Assembly (NCBI RefSeq): GCF_009834535.1
Contig: NC_045696.1
Location: forward strand, 53,260,001 to 53,324,000
Direction: 5' to 3'
DNA: 64,000 bases
From: Camelus ferus
Taxonomy: Eukaryota
Within the stretch, counting starts at the first letter, position 1. Every line of letters begins with the position of its first letter. The position numbers and the translations under genes are program-made. The notes beneath the pieces were generated by a model, which worked only from the letters and a program-made list of their open reading frames with translations, was not told the DNA's origin and did no database searches. Below, in pieces: positions 27,198 through 40,316 of the stretch.

Positions 27198-27361
27198 GCC
27201 GTTATCAAAGTTGCCCAGGCTTTGGAATCAATGGAGATTTTTACATTTTGTCTTTTTAAATTACAGATTCCTTGGTCCCAACCCTTGCTTGATTGCCATC
27301 TGGAATCTATATTTTCAATAAATTCTTCAAGTAGTAATGATGCATCATTTGAGAATCACTG
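27198..27361. mobile_element. MER5A-like hAT relic
   Basis: 'ttggaatcaatggag...tacagattccttggtcccaaccc...ggaatctatattttcaataaattcttcaagt...tgatgca...tttgagaatcactg'. Confidence 0.6.
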
Positions 27362-27504
27362 TTCAGAACATTCAATACCATTTACACTGAATTAGAGTTA
27401 TTTCTATACCTGTTTTTTTTCATCCACTAAATTTTAAAGTAAGAGACAAGGCTTAATTTTGTTTATTTATTTATTTGTTGGTCTGGCCCTAATCCTATTT
27501 CTTG

Positions 27505-27720
27505 CATAGTGATCTATACAATGGTTTAGAATCAGACACATTTCAGAATTCACCTCTTTGAATTCCAGCCCTGTCATTACTAATTACATGACCTTGAGAA
27601 AATTAAAATATTTCTATAAGCCTTAGGTGCTTGCATACATATGTTAAAGGTTCGTTGTAAAATATAAATAAGATGGCATGCCAAGCAGGTAAACCATAGC
27701 AATATGGGGTTTTGATCAGT
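27505..27720 (+). mobile_element. MIR fragment
   Basis: 'tttgaattccagccctgtcattactaattacatgaccttgagaaaatta'. Confidence 0.5.
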
Positions 27721-28511
27721 GGTAACGAGTGGTTGTAGTAGTGGAGGAGAATGTTACTAGCAGTAACAGTAGTAGTAGTGATAGCATTAGTAGCACTTGC
27801 TCAATAAATACCTTTTAATTTAACTAAGGAAGAAACTAAAACAATATATATTAATAATCTAGAAGAAATAACACCCTGGGCAACAACTAAGGTCTATATG
27901 AGGAGAAAAAACCCCAAGTCATTTAATTTTCATCTTTGAGTGGCAAGCCACGTAGAAAAGGGAAAGTGATAAATGCAATCTATCAATTAGTAATGGTATT
28001 GATTCACTTCCATTTGGTGTTCTCATTAATAAGACAGTAAAATGTGGTCTAGAACTGTGCAGCTAAAATCCTTTTGCTTCATCACTATAAATCCCCCTGT
28101 ACTTTCCCTTTCCTCTCTCTTCACCATCCTCCAAGAAAAATAAAAATCGGGAGAAAAAAAAGCCATTGTGCCAGATCATGAAAGATGTCTTTATATGGGG
28201 ACTGGGTACAGATGGCAGTCGAGGGAGTAGGTCAGACAAAAAGTGCTCCTTTGAAATATTGGCTCAGTAACTCTCATGGTCTCTGGACTTCTCTTTGGTC
28301 TCTCTAGAGGATATGACAGAACATGGGAGTATTAACATCCTAACATCCAGTCTAGGAACCTGGACAGAGTCAGTACCCATGTAACACCAAACATGACTGC
28401 TGGCACTTGCCTCTCCTGGACCACGCTCACCCCCTTCTCTTTCCCTCTTTTCTACTCTGAGATAGAATCTCCTCTCTCTCCTGCTTCCTTGCAGTTTTAA
28501 AAACTAATTAG

Positions 28512-28758
28512 TTTGTTTATTTATTTATTTTTATTATTTACTGTATAGTCAGTTTACAATGTGTCAATTTCTGGTGTACAGCATAATGCTTCAGACATAC
28601 ATATACATATATATTCATTTTCATATTATTTTTCATTATAGGTTACTACAAGATATTGAATATAGTTTCCTGTGATATTACAGAAGAAACTTGTTGTTTA
28701 TCTATTTTTCACGTAGTACTTAGTATCTGCAAATCTCAAGCTCCCAGTTTATCCCTTC
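28512..28758 (-). mobile_element. L1 3' UTR fragment
   Basis: T-rich tail followed by 'tatagtcagtttacaatgtgtcaatttctggtgtacagcataatg...ataggttactacaagatattgaatatagtttcctgtg...tctgcaaatctcaagctcccagtttatccct'. This is the reverse complement of the same family seen at 14.0-14.3 kb. Confidence 0.85.
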
Positions 28759-29049
28759 TGTTTTCTCTTTTCCATGTTTTTCTCCCATTTTCTGTACCTT
28801 TTAACCTACCCACAGTTCTCACAAGCATTTCTTGGGTACACCAGAGCACACAGGGCCTAGCAGCTGTCCATATTCACCAAAAGAAGGAGTAGAGGTCCCG
28901 AGCCTCACACATACACACATCAGAGGATTCCCCTCAGGAACCTGCAGTCAACTGAAAGGATGAAGGAAGTCACAATAATATCACAATAAGAGAATAATAA
29001 GGTTATTATTCCAATGATCTTAAAAAAAAACAAACACCTAACAGGTGTC

Positions 29050-29835
29050 TCTGCAAGCACGTGTGCGTATACCTTTTGCTCTGCAGGCACACAGCTGACT
29101 CACAGAATACATGCATGTCACTCATGCCATTTCTCCCCAGCACAACTTTATCTAAAATATGATTTTCCACCTTATTTTGCAGTGTGAACCTTAGTCAGTT
29201 ATTAAGAACTCAGTAACAAAAATTCAGCCTCTGAGCTCTTTGAAAGAAAAACATATTCTAGAGAAGACCCCACAGCTAAAAATAACTTTGTGAGTATTTT
29301 TTCCTAACATCTCAGGTGTACTCCTTAATCTACCAGTTTGCTTAACCCATAGCGGCCTGGCCATGGATACAACATACCACTCCATGACTTTCTGACTTGT
29401 CCTTCAGCGAATCACTGCAGCTTTACAGCACTTAGCAGTGCTCTGCTGGAGTCACAGGAAACAAAATGTGCCCTTCTGCTGACGAAACTAGGCTGTCTGT
29501 GGCGATATTTTAGCCTGCGGCCTGGATGACTACACGTGCAATTCACATTAGAGATCTATGTGACTTGAGGCGGGTGCATCTGGCCTGGCCACATGGGGCC
29601 CTGCACCGATGTGATGGCCCCTCGCCATGATCGGTCACAGAAGTGGCAGCTGTAATAACCTCACCCAGTTCTGCCTTCTCCGTAATCATCTGGTGCCGCT
29701 GGTGTTTGCCCTCCTTCAAGTGAGGGCAAGCACCTTCCGGCCCATGGGGGCTGGGCACAGATTGAGCCCGGATGTCATGTGCCTTAGAAATGTCAAGGTT
29801 GGTTCACAGGCCTCTCAGGGCAAAGAAGGGTAAGA
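29050..29835. promoter_or_regulatory. Candidate enhancer or alternative-promoter region
   Basis: About 14 CpGs in 29340-29780, two CACGTG E-boxes, a TGACTCA, and a + strand donor AGG|gtaaga at 29829/29830. Confidence 0.3.
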
Positions 29836-29869
29836 AAGAAAGGGAAACTAGAATTTAGAAAAACTTAGA

Positions 29870-30053
29870 AAGTAGCAGGCCTTGTGCTGAGCACTTTCAC
29901 ACATGTCATGTAACTTAATTCTCACAATAACCCAGTAAAGAAATGAGGTTCAAAGAAGTTAAGATAATTGCCCAAGGTCACCTAGCTGGTTCCAAGCAGA
30001 CCTGGGACTAGAGAGCAGGTTTTCTCATTCCCTACCCAATGTTCTTTCTACCA
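29870..30053 (-). mobile_element. MIR SINE
   Basis: 'tgtgctgagcactttcacacatg...ttaattctcacaataaccc...gaggttcaaagaagttaagataattgcccaaggtcacctagctgg'. Confidence 0.7.
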
Positions 30054-30129
30054 AAATGTGCATAGTAGTATTTGTTCCATTTATTCATACATTCAATCAA
30101 CAGAGACTCATTTTTGTAAGGTGTGATAT

Positions 30130-30346
30130 TTCAGAGCCAGGCTCTGGAATTAGATTGAGTTCAAATCCTACCTCTAACATCTTCTAATTATACTACCTGG
30201 ATAATTTCCTTACCTTCTCTATACCTCAGTTCCTTATTTGTAAAGTGCGATTAATAATAGTATCCACCTCATAGAATTGTTATGAAGGCCAATACATTAT
30301 CCATATAAAGCCCTTAACACAATGCCCTAAACACGGCAAGAAACTC
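30130..30346 (+). mobile_element. MIR SINE
   Basis: 'caggctctggaattagattgagttcaaatcc...cctcagttccttatttgtaaagtg...aataatagtatccacctcatagaattgttatgaagg'. Confidence 0.75.
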
Positions 30347-31524
30347 CTGATAGACCCCTAGGCTGCTGGGGAAGACAGACACATACACAGATAAATTACA
30401 CTGCAACAGGTCAAATACTAAAATAAAGTTTAAAAGAAAGTACCCTGGGATCTAAGCCAAGAATCCCTGCCTAGCACCTCCCACTCTGTGAAATGTGAAA
30501 TGAGTTCACTAGAATAAAAGAAAAACAAAATTCACAATGGTGTCTATGGAAACTGGCTGTGCCAGAAAACAGTTATGGGTTTGACTGGTAGTTCCAGGGG
30601 CCATTTTGTACTCAGAACTCTGCCTCCTGGTTCTCGAAGCCCTCTGGGGTTGCTGTATCAAAAGCTTAGGTGACCATTAGTATTGCTGTTTTCAGAACTG
30701 TCAACATTTATATAAAGCTGAACTCATCTTATTCAAACATGCCATCTATAAGACCTAAGAATGAATCATTTTCGCTTAAAAACAGAAGTCTCACAAATCA
30801 CCAAAAATGGAAAGCAATATAAATGTCTAGTTTGTTTTTGTTGTTTAATCTACTAAATGATGACATTTAAGAATATAAATCAGATAAAAATATAATTGAT
30901 CCTTAAACAGAGTGGCCTTCGAGTATTCCAATTTCCTAATTTTCTCTCTAATATGGTGCTACACCAGCTAAACTGAATGATTTGTAATTTCCTTAAACAG
31001 ATCTCCATGCTTCCTGGCCTCCAGACTGCTCATTCCAGCCTCTCCAACTGGCTTGATCTTAACCATATCCTAATCTCTATCCCTCAAGTGCTATTTACCA
31101 AGCCCCCAAGATTCACCCAGATGCCTACTCCTTCCTGAAGCCCTCTTAAGGAATCCAAAAGGTCCCTAGATATAATAGGGGCCCAGTCTCATGCACATTG
31201 TCTTTTTCCAAAGCTGCCTGGTCCTGTACTAGTTCTAGATAGCCTCTTAAACTAAGACCCACAGCATGTGGCATATATTTTTAAAAGTTGAGGAGGCAAA
31301 TCTATCTATCTATGTTGGGGGCAGAGACAGAGTCAAATGAAAAAAAAAAAAGCTGTTAAAATACCTCAGTCAGTCAATATAGTATCTGTTAAAGGACAAG
31401 CACCACAGACAGTTCTCTTGCTGGCTACAGAAGGAAAATAGAGTATCTCTGACTTTCAAGAATTTATGCTTAAAGAAATGAGATGTATATCCAAAGAATA
31501 GTTAATTTCAATTGTAAATATAAA

Positions 31525-31800
31525 ATAAAAGTAGCATCTAACATTTTGCTGAGTGTTTACTATGTTTTAAGAACTGTTCAAAGTGATGAAGTGATATCTC
31601 TCCATGTATCTATCTACCTATTTTTCTATCAGTCTATCATTTGTCTACTTACCTATCTCCTCATTTTATCCTCTGCATAACTCTAGGAAGTTGGTACTAT
31701 TATTACCTCCATTTTATTGAGGAGAAAATAGAAGCATGAAGCCATTGCTCAATTGGGAAATGATAAAACACTGACTCCAAAATTTATGTCCTTGATGCAC
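31525..31800 (-). mobile_element. MIR SINE interrupted by low-complexity TCTA-rich sequence
   Basis: 'ctaacattttgctgagtgtttactatg' and 'ggtactattattacctccattttattgaggagaaaatagaagc'. Confidence 0.55.
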
Positions 31801-31849
31801 TGTCCCTGGTATATTACAAATAGTTAAATTTTGAAATTCTGAATGCATG

Positions 31850-32200
31850 TTCAGAAACAAATGGTATTCAGAGGGGAAAAAGTCAGTGTAGTGTGTTCAA
31901 TAAGAATCCAAGTGTTCAGAGAGAGAGGAATTAAAACAAAGTACTGCTTGAATGAACAGTTGGAGAAATTTAAGTGTAACATTTGAGATGGAGGGAGAAA
32001 TTTCAACAAAGTCACAGAGATGAGAGCTACTATGGTTTGTATGGAGAGACCGAATGACAAATAAGGACCAGCAGGTGAAAAAAGGACACCTGATGCAGGG
32101 CCTTGACCACAGGTTAAAGAGCTGACATGTGATAACTCAAGTACCATGGAGTCACCATAGGTCTCCTAGTGAAGCAGCAGGATTGGAACTACTGGTCATT
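31850..32200 (-). mobile_element. L2 fragment
   Basis: Purine-rich L2-like blocks: 'caacaaagtcacagagatgagagctactatggtttgt' and 'gcaggggccttgaccacaggttaaagagct'. Confidence 0.4.
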
Positions 32201-35026
32201 TGGAATCACATACTTGTAACTGGGATTTCACAATGGATCACACAATTCTACATTTTTTACAAGAGTTTGTCCTTGTAATGCTTTACAGGTTGTTTTAGAA
32301 ATCATTTATCATTCATTAATGTAACTTCCATGCCTAGTGAAATCCCTGGAAAATGACAAGTGATCATAAATGGTTGTTAAGTGAATGTATGAAAAGAAAG
32401 TTGGGAGAAAATAGGATCAAGCAGTATGGAAAGGCAAGAAAAATAAGTGTGTGCTTCAAACATGAGGCGATACGCGTAAGAGTTAATGCCAAAATGAAAT
32501 AAAAGAGGATGTAAGCAGAGAAGAGGTCATTCAGTTTGGCTGGAGGGGTATCTAGGTGATTTTCAAGGATATTGTTCTAGTGACAGAAAGAGCCCAGCCT
32601 AGTCTACATGATGTTAAAGGAGAAAATGAAGGCAACAGGTAGAATCCATAATTACTGTCTTTGGTTAGTGGCAGGAAAGGAAATTTGTAAGTGCACAGTT
32701 GGATCAAAAACCCATTTATTTTAAGAAACCAGAAGTCTCTTCATTTAACCTGTGAATGCAAATGTCTTCTGTGAACTCAGTGATAAAACATACCCTCTTA
32801 CCTCTGATGGCTGTAAAGTTGCATCAGATACTTGGAGTCCCCTGGATGACCTACATGACACTAATTTAAAGTTGGGGTTTTGATGACAGATTGTATGAAC
32901 CAGACATTGAGAAACTAAATTATTCATCTAAAGAATTCTTAACAAGTCACAGACAGATGTAGAACCTCGTCTCCACACCAGGAGAAGAAAGGGACTGGGC
33001 ACCTCCATTCCTGAAGCTCTTCCAGTCTCACATCCTCTAAGTCTACACGGATTCTCTCTCCTCACTGCCGTCCTTTACCCAGTCAGCCTTCTGCTTCTCC
33101 CAAGTCAACTGCCAACCTGACCTTTATAAGCGATCTTTGGTTGTCTAATTAGCTGCAAGAGAGATTTCTATTATCCCACAGTTATAATTTGAACTAACTC
33201 AAAATTATAAGAAAAGTTAAATAACAAAAGTAATTAAACATAATGCAGTTAGCATTCAATGTACACATAGAATTAGTACCAATACCCATGTGAAGGCAAA
33301 CTTCATGAAAACAAAACTCAATGCAATATATTCTATTCAGATACTCTAAAAAAGTCTTCTTTAAATATTTTCTCTGAAAGTGGAGCATTTTGAGATAATA
33401 AAGATAATTAAATGCTGCAAGAGTAGTGATCCATTTGACAGAGAGAATTAAAGCTGTGAATGATTTCTAATAGAAACGTGAACTCCCAGCCTTTATTCTA
33501 TCAGGCTGACACTCTTTCCACGAGAGGCAGGAGGAATGGAGGATGGGGAAAGCTGAAAGGAGTGAAAGTCTCAGTTTCACACTCAACATTTTATGTCCTA
33601 AGCTGGTTATAGGCAAGTTCCTTTGCTGAGACAAAATTGTGTCCTACAGATTTGGTAGTAGGGGAGGATTAGGGGATAATGCAAACAGTAATTTGTAAAC
33701 TGAATTCATGGATGATGGCCCATTTTTCTTTAAACTGTGATATTCATTTAATGCCACCAGAATATACATGTTTTACAGAAAAGTCATATGCAAATTAGAC
33801 TAAATTTACTATGCTCCTTTTCCTCTATAAAAAAGTGAACAGATTAAAGATTGAGATTTCCCTGCAATTTGGGCATACCTATTCCCAGTTTCAAGTAGTA
33901 TTTTGTCAGCCGTGTTGGAGTGATTAGTTTCACCATGTCAGACATCACCACGGATTCCTCATTCAGTAGAGTCGTGTATGGAGCTGGACATGTGATTTCT
34001 CTTCCTATTTTATCTGTTAAATCAGCACCATCACCATTCATATTATACACAGAAATCCAACCATACCGCCAGCAAGGCACTGGGAAGGATTTGCATGCAC
34101 CTAGCCAATTTATGAAGCACAAACATTAAGGAACAAAGATTATTTTTAAATCAAATGACTTTTCCCATTTAAACAAATATAAAAAGAAGAATATTATTGG
34201 AGAGTGTGTGCATGAGAAAGAAAAACGATGTGTGTTAAATTCCTCATCTCCCTCTGGGTCAGCACCCCTCTAAAGGTCAACTCACTAGCCTCAGGTTTAA
34301 TTCTCTCTCTTGCTGCTACTGTTCAGAGTGTAAATGCTTGCTTTTTATTAAAAAATCAAAAGCACAGGAGCTTGTAATCCTCTAGACTCAAAGTTTGCTT
34401 TTTTTTTTTTTAATAAAAATGGAAAGTTTAGCTCAAAGCAATAGCAGCTAAAATTAGAGTGAAATCAGCAGCTGCTCCCCAGGGAAAATGAAAAACCAAA
34501 CAATGGTTTGGGTTTTTTTTTTTCTACAATTTATGTTGCATTTTTTTTCTCCTCTAAATTTGGGAGACTTTCCCAACATTTGCATGTGCCAGTAAAACAA
34601 TATTTTATGTTTGTAATCCCCAACCTCTACACCTCCCAAATAATGTCAGATGCCGGACTTTCAGGTAAAACGTACAAGAAAATTGCTATTGTATTTTCAA
34701 TGCCACAGCCCTTGGAAACAATGGCAGCAATGAATAGTATTAGCAAGGCATTCATCTGCACTGCCAGCTAAACTTCTCTGCATTTTTCCCTTTGTACAGT
34801 CACGTCAGTGTACATGGCAGTTGGCACAAACCAGAAGCACTAGGTTCTCTGAGGATGCTATGGCATCTAGCTGGTTGTGTTGCTCAGAAATCACGGTCAG
34901 AGTGGGTCAAGAATCAAATACTGAGACAAAGTTTAAATGTCATTTATCCTTACTCTCACTGGCTTCTCTCTATCCTGTTCTCTGCTTCATTTTTCCCACT
35001 GTTCTCTTGACACTGGATGTTACCTA

Positions 35027-35131
35027 AACTGACTGTGGTAATCATTTTGCAATAAATACATATATCAAATTAAAATATTATCCACCTAAAACTAATACAA
35101 TGTTATACATCAATTATATCTTAATAAAAAT
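35027..35131 (+). mobile_element. L1MA/MB-type extreme 3' end
   Basis: 'tgtggtaatcattttgcaataaatacatatatcaaat...cacctaaaactaatacaatgttatacatcaattatatcttaataaaa'. Confidence 0.72.
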
Positions 35132-35501
35132 GAGGCTTTTTCTCTCCCTCTCACCCAACCCTTATTATGGTGGCAGTGCCAACACATGCCTGGCATAGTG
35201 TAAGCAAGCAGTAAATGGACTCCCACCCTGGGCTCAACTTACTCTCAGCATTTTTTTCCTTCATCTGCCTTCAGGGATTTCTTTTCCTGCCTTCAGCATC
35301 ATGGTGAGGGCATCTGGGATGTGCATTTTTCTTCCAACCTTCTTTCATGCAAGAGCTTCCATAGCCCAAGCCTGCCCCCTTTCACCTCTGAACAATTCCT
35401 TTGTGAGGATGACTTTCCATAGGAGACATTAAAAGAGGAAATCTCTCTCTCTACTTATAGGAGCAGGTTTAATCACTGTGACTACAGAAAGGATAGCCAC
35501 G

Positions 35502-35722
35502 ATTATTATTAGCGATTTACCTTTTCTAGGTGCTTATTATGTGCCAAGTTCCATGGGAGGGATTTTTCAGACTCTTTCTCACAACTACTCCAAGAGGAAA
35601 GTACTATTATTGAGGTTTTACTGTTGAGGAAACCATGTGAAGTATTAATTAGCTAAGATCAGACAGCTAGTAAGTGATGGAACCTGGGTTCAAATTTAAG
35701 TAACTTTGACTTTCACTCTTTC
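35502..35722 (-). mobile_element. MIR SINE
   Basis: 'gtgcttattatgtgccaag...tgaggaaacc...ctaagatcagacagctagtaagtgatggaacctgggttcaaatt'. Confidence 0.7.
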
Positions 35723-35748
35723 TTATCAGTGTTAATGTTTCAGAGCTC

Positions 35749-35755
<7 letters not shown>

Positions 35756-35798
<43 letters not shown>

Positions 35799-35838
35799 CT
35801 CACACACCACACTCACACACACTCACACACACACACAA
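35756..35838. repeat. (CA)n microsatellite: (AC)20 perfect, then imperfect
   Basis: Pure AC run at 35756-35795, followed by CT-interrupted CA units. Confidence 0.95.
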
Positions 35839-38787
35839 ACAATTTTTGGGCCTGGAGAGAAGAGAGTAAATGGCTTCTACAACTCTCTTACCTAAAACCA
35901 ACCACTTGGGTCAAGTCTGGGGTAGTAGTAAGAGAGGGTTTGGAGTCTGAATTTGGCCCATTATTTTCAACAAGTTTCCCTGATCTGAAGTCTAGGTCAT
36001 TTTTAATAGCTGTTTTGTAAAATTCATTCATTCTATATAGGATTAGTGATGTTCACTTAATATGTGAAATAATGACACTAGAAAATAATTTGAGAAAGAT
36101 ACACAATGACTATAATACTATTTCAAGGGAAGACATAGTATTTATAGTATAATAAAGGAGATCTGTAGTTACATTACCCACTGAAGCAAAGCTGTGTTGG
36201 AAGGGTCATCAACCCATATGTTTTATAACATAAACTGATCAACAGGAAAGGGTTAGGAGAATATTTCCCTTGGCCAGTACAGTTTGGGATAATTAGACAC
36301 ATTTGAGGGATTTTACACCTTTCTCAGTTACATCCTACATTAGCCATTCTGAAAAATGATAAACTATTGGCCACTTCTGGTATAGTAATTTTATGGTCCA
36401 ATATAAAAATAAATTTTATTGTATTATTGAAGTGGCTATAACCGTCCTATTGAGTTGTTATATGGAAATATGCCTGCCTTCTTTATATGAATTCAACCAG
36501 GGGTATCCAGATATTTTTTAAAATATATTATTGGGCCCTGTAAGTAGGCTTATGATTTTTTCTTTAAAAAAAAAAGGAAATATGAATAGTAGCTGGATTC
36601 TCAGTACACAAGTCACATGCAAACACCACCCCTGTCTTAACACCATTTGAGTATGTTTATTTTATGTAATACTTGGCGACATATTGTTTACCCAGAAGAT
36701 TTAGGCCTTATATATTTGGACATGCAAAATTTTTTTGAAATTGACTATCGTATTTCTTTTGATAGATGGTAACTTTAAAAGACTTATTGTAGGTCAACAA
36801 ACCTCCTTAACCTCCAAACTCACTTATGAGAATTTGCTAACTATTTATTGGACCATATTCTTCCTATCCAAATTTTTCAATTTTTTAATCGTTATTTTTT
36901 TCAGTCTTCTTTTCCCCTCCTTTTCTCTCTCTATTCCTTCCTCCCACCCTCTGTTTCCCCGCCCTCCTTTATCTGTCCCTCTCTCACCCACCCCCATTCT
37001 CTGGAAACTGAATTAGAGTAAAAAGAGTATAGCATTCATATTTTTCAAATCATGATTAGAATCAACTTTATTAGTTGTGTGTGAACAATGGGTATTCAAT
37101 GAATAGAATGTTCACCTAAAACTGAGGCTGTGACAAGGAAAACTGGCTGCTTGGTCATCAGATGGGCTTTGATCTCTATACTTTGGTCATAGAGTAGGTT
37201 TACCACAAAGAATAGGGTCTTACTGTAAAGATATGCTGTCCAGTGAGTCAGGAAAGACTGAAAACTCTAAAACTCAGTAAGAGCAGGAATTAGAGTAAGG
37301 TTGCAGGAAGAACAGGAACTGGCTGATATTTGTCTACCATAAATGTGACTTAGCTACTCTCTACAAATCTCCATCTCTGAATGTCCACTTCTTCCTAGTG
37401 CCAGCTGGACTGTGAATTCTTTCCCCTTATTTTGGTGCATCTTTTTTCTCAACTTCATAGCTTCTGGTTAATCACAGGTTCTGTTTTCTCACAACTCAAC
37501 CTTCTTATGGCAATTAACTTATGGATTCTCTGTATGATGAAGCTTCAGTTTCCTTTGTTAACTAAGCTATTTTGTAGTAACACTCCAATTCAAAGTCCAG
37601 AGTAAATCTCTTTAGCCCAGTTTATTATTTTACAGGGACTATAGCTTAGGCCATTATACAGATTCACTTCCTAGTTGGCAGACATCCACTTCATTCAGTG
37701 AACTGCTGAATGGTCGAAATGAGACTAGTTTGGGCAGGAGGGCAAACATCTGATATCTTAGACAGTTTCTCAGCACAGGCTGTAGGTGAAGGGTAGGGCA
37801 GTTGCCTTCAGATGGGGTTGTGTTCATTGCAGGCATCATGGTGGAAACTTCTAATTGAAACATCATAAGCCAACTATGGAGAGAAAGCAATATTGTTCTA
37901 CCACCCTTTTCCTTGGATCATCTATCTGGGTATTTCTGTACCTCTATAGATTTTCTTCCTCTTTGGTAACTTTCCTTATTTCTACCATCAGTAAAGGGCA
38001 GAGCTGTTTAGCTCAGATTCTTAGGTCTCTGGAAAAGTAGAATCTTCTTCCACCTAAGATCTATTCCACTATATATTTAGGTTGATAACAACTCTTCCAA
38101 CAGGTACATAGACTTACTTGCAGGCTCTGATCATGGCCCTTAGATATTTTTAGAACATACTGCCCTGCTGCTTTCTGAGCACAGAGACAACTCAGCTGCC
38201 TCATTTAGAACATTCTCTCAGCTTCATCAACTTCACTTACTGCTTATGAAGATGTGAGAATTGAAGATGCAGAACAATCTTCAACCCTTCTTCCCACGGT
38301 CAAATTGCAATTGTTCGAATCATTACATGGCCTTTGGGCTGAGATATAGTTTCTTTTCACAGAACACTAACACAGTTCAACCAATAATGATTTATCTGCA
38401 TTAAGGTCGCTTGATTCTTGTAAATGCCAGGAGAACTGAAATCCTGCAAATAATATTAGAGGAGGTGTTCTGATATTGTTTACTTGATTATTTTTTTTTT
38501 GTATGTTTGTCTTGTAGGGAATTGCTACTGGAAAGTTGACATAATTGATGATAGTTCTTTCAGAAGTTTTTTGTTTGTTTGTTTTCATTTTTTTTTTTTA
38601 AATAAAAGGGACAGTTTTCTTTCTAGAGATCATGGAAGAGTATCTTTCTCCTAGAGGCAATAACAAATGTGAGGGTGTCATCTACTGTGGTCCTTAAATT
38701 CTTCAATTTTCTGTCTATTGCTGGTTATAAATTACAGTGATACAACACTATTTCTCACCTCCCTAACAATCTCAAATCATCGGACTT

Positions 38788-38890
38788 TACTCCACTCACT
38801 CAGCAAGTACTGGTTGAGTGCCTACTCCTGGGTCAGGAATTGTGGATACAGAAAGATACAGTTCCCATTCCTGACCTCACAGAACTTAGT
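38788..38890 (-). mobile_element. L2 3' terminus
   Basis: 'cactcactcagcaagtactggttgagtgcctact...tggatacagaaagatacagttcccattcctgacctcacagaactta'. Confidence 0.55.
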
Positions 38891-38989
38891 AGCACAGACT
38901 GCCTGTTTTTCTTCTTCTCCTCTTAAAATATCAATAGCTATCCTATCTTATTTTGCCTAAAGTATCACTAATCTCCAAAGTCACCTTGA

Positions 38990-39130
38990 AAAGTAGTGGG
39001 ATCACCATTCTATTGGTGAAAAAAAGTGAGACTCAGCAAAGGTACCAATTAGCTTAAGCCCATAGGGCTGGAGTGTTGCTGAGACTGGATTCAAACCAGT
39101 CTGTCTGGCCTTAGAGACCACCCTTTTTTC
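38990..39130 (-). mobile_element. MIR fragment
   Basis: 'tgagactcagcaaagg...gctgagactggattcaaaccagtctgtctggccttagag'. Confidence 0.55.
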
Positions 39131-39959
39131 AATTCATTGCACAGCCTTCAAGATCGGTGAGCATCTATCATTTGCATACATGCTAAGAATTAGGGTTCTA
39201 AAGAGGCATAAATAGTTGGCTCCTATCTTAATGTATTTTACAATCTAATTGAAAAAAAATAGCCTATATAAAAAGTATGTTATCCCTTATACTGTTATTT
39301 ATGTAAATGTCATTTGAGTGATTGAGACAAAAGTGTTGCTTTAAGTCAAATGTCATTTTTGAACCAACACTGTGAATCACTACTCAGGGTTACTACTGTC
39401 AGGATTAAAATGCTTATACTTGACTTCGGCAAGTCAGTGGGGCTACCTGTGGAATGAGTAATGAAACATTTTGGTGCTCTTGAAAAAGAATCATAAAAAT
39501 AGAATATAATCTCATTAAATTAATTTCATCCTTTAACAAACAAGTACATATTTAGCAACTATGATCATTAAATACAATTCTGTTTCTTAAGTTAACAATT
39601 CTTTATTAAGCAACTATGTGCTATATAGCACATAGCACTATATTAAACTTAAAGACAATTCTTTGAACTCTGATGGGACAGAAACCAGTCTTTCAAGAGC
39701 TACAAAAGTCTAGACATGGTTTTTGTTGTGCTTAAGAAACATCACAATTCCAGAAGACAGAGACACATGACCTTCACAGACACATAAGAAAGAGTAGGCA
39801 ATTTCCATTTTTGAGAGACAGAGAGTTAGATGGAAAGAGAGAGAAATTATTCTCCTTAAATTAAGAATTTTCCCATGTTAGCAAATTATTCTTTACTCTC
39901 TGATCTGCATATTCTGCAATAAGTGAGGTATTCTGCTGTATGTATGTATGTTGCTGATG

Positions 39960-40316
39960 TAGTCTGGCTTCTTATCAAGGGTCTCAAATGACACCTCAAT
40001 GAGGCCTTCCCAGACCACCCCACATAAGCAGTCTATTCTCATCTGATCTAAGCAATGAGTCTCTATAATGCCATCTTATTCCCTTCCTTCATAGGAATTT
40101 TGCCATCTTAAATAATCCTGCTTGGCATTTGTTTCTGTTTTTATTGGTCTTTCTCTACTGGTCTGTAAGTTCCATGAGTACAATGGATGGGGTCTGTGGT
40201 GACAAGTGTGTCTTTAGCACTCAGAACATTCCCTGATCCTTTACTTGGCATTTTATTGTTATTTACAGAATGAGTGAACATATAAATGAGTGAGTGAATG
40301 AATGAATGAATGAATG
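39960..40316 (+). mobile_element. L2 3' fragment with (TGAA)n tail
   Basis: 'tcaaatgacacctcaatgaggccttcccagaccacc', 'ctgtaagttccatgag' and tail 'gtgaatgaatgaatgaatgaatg'. Confidence 0.72.

Noticed and set aside
38241..38338. Minus-strand exon ending at GCA|gtaagt
   Set aside because: The acceptor is weak, all frames have stops, and there is no other support.
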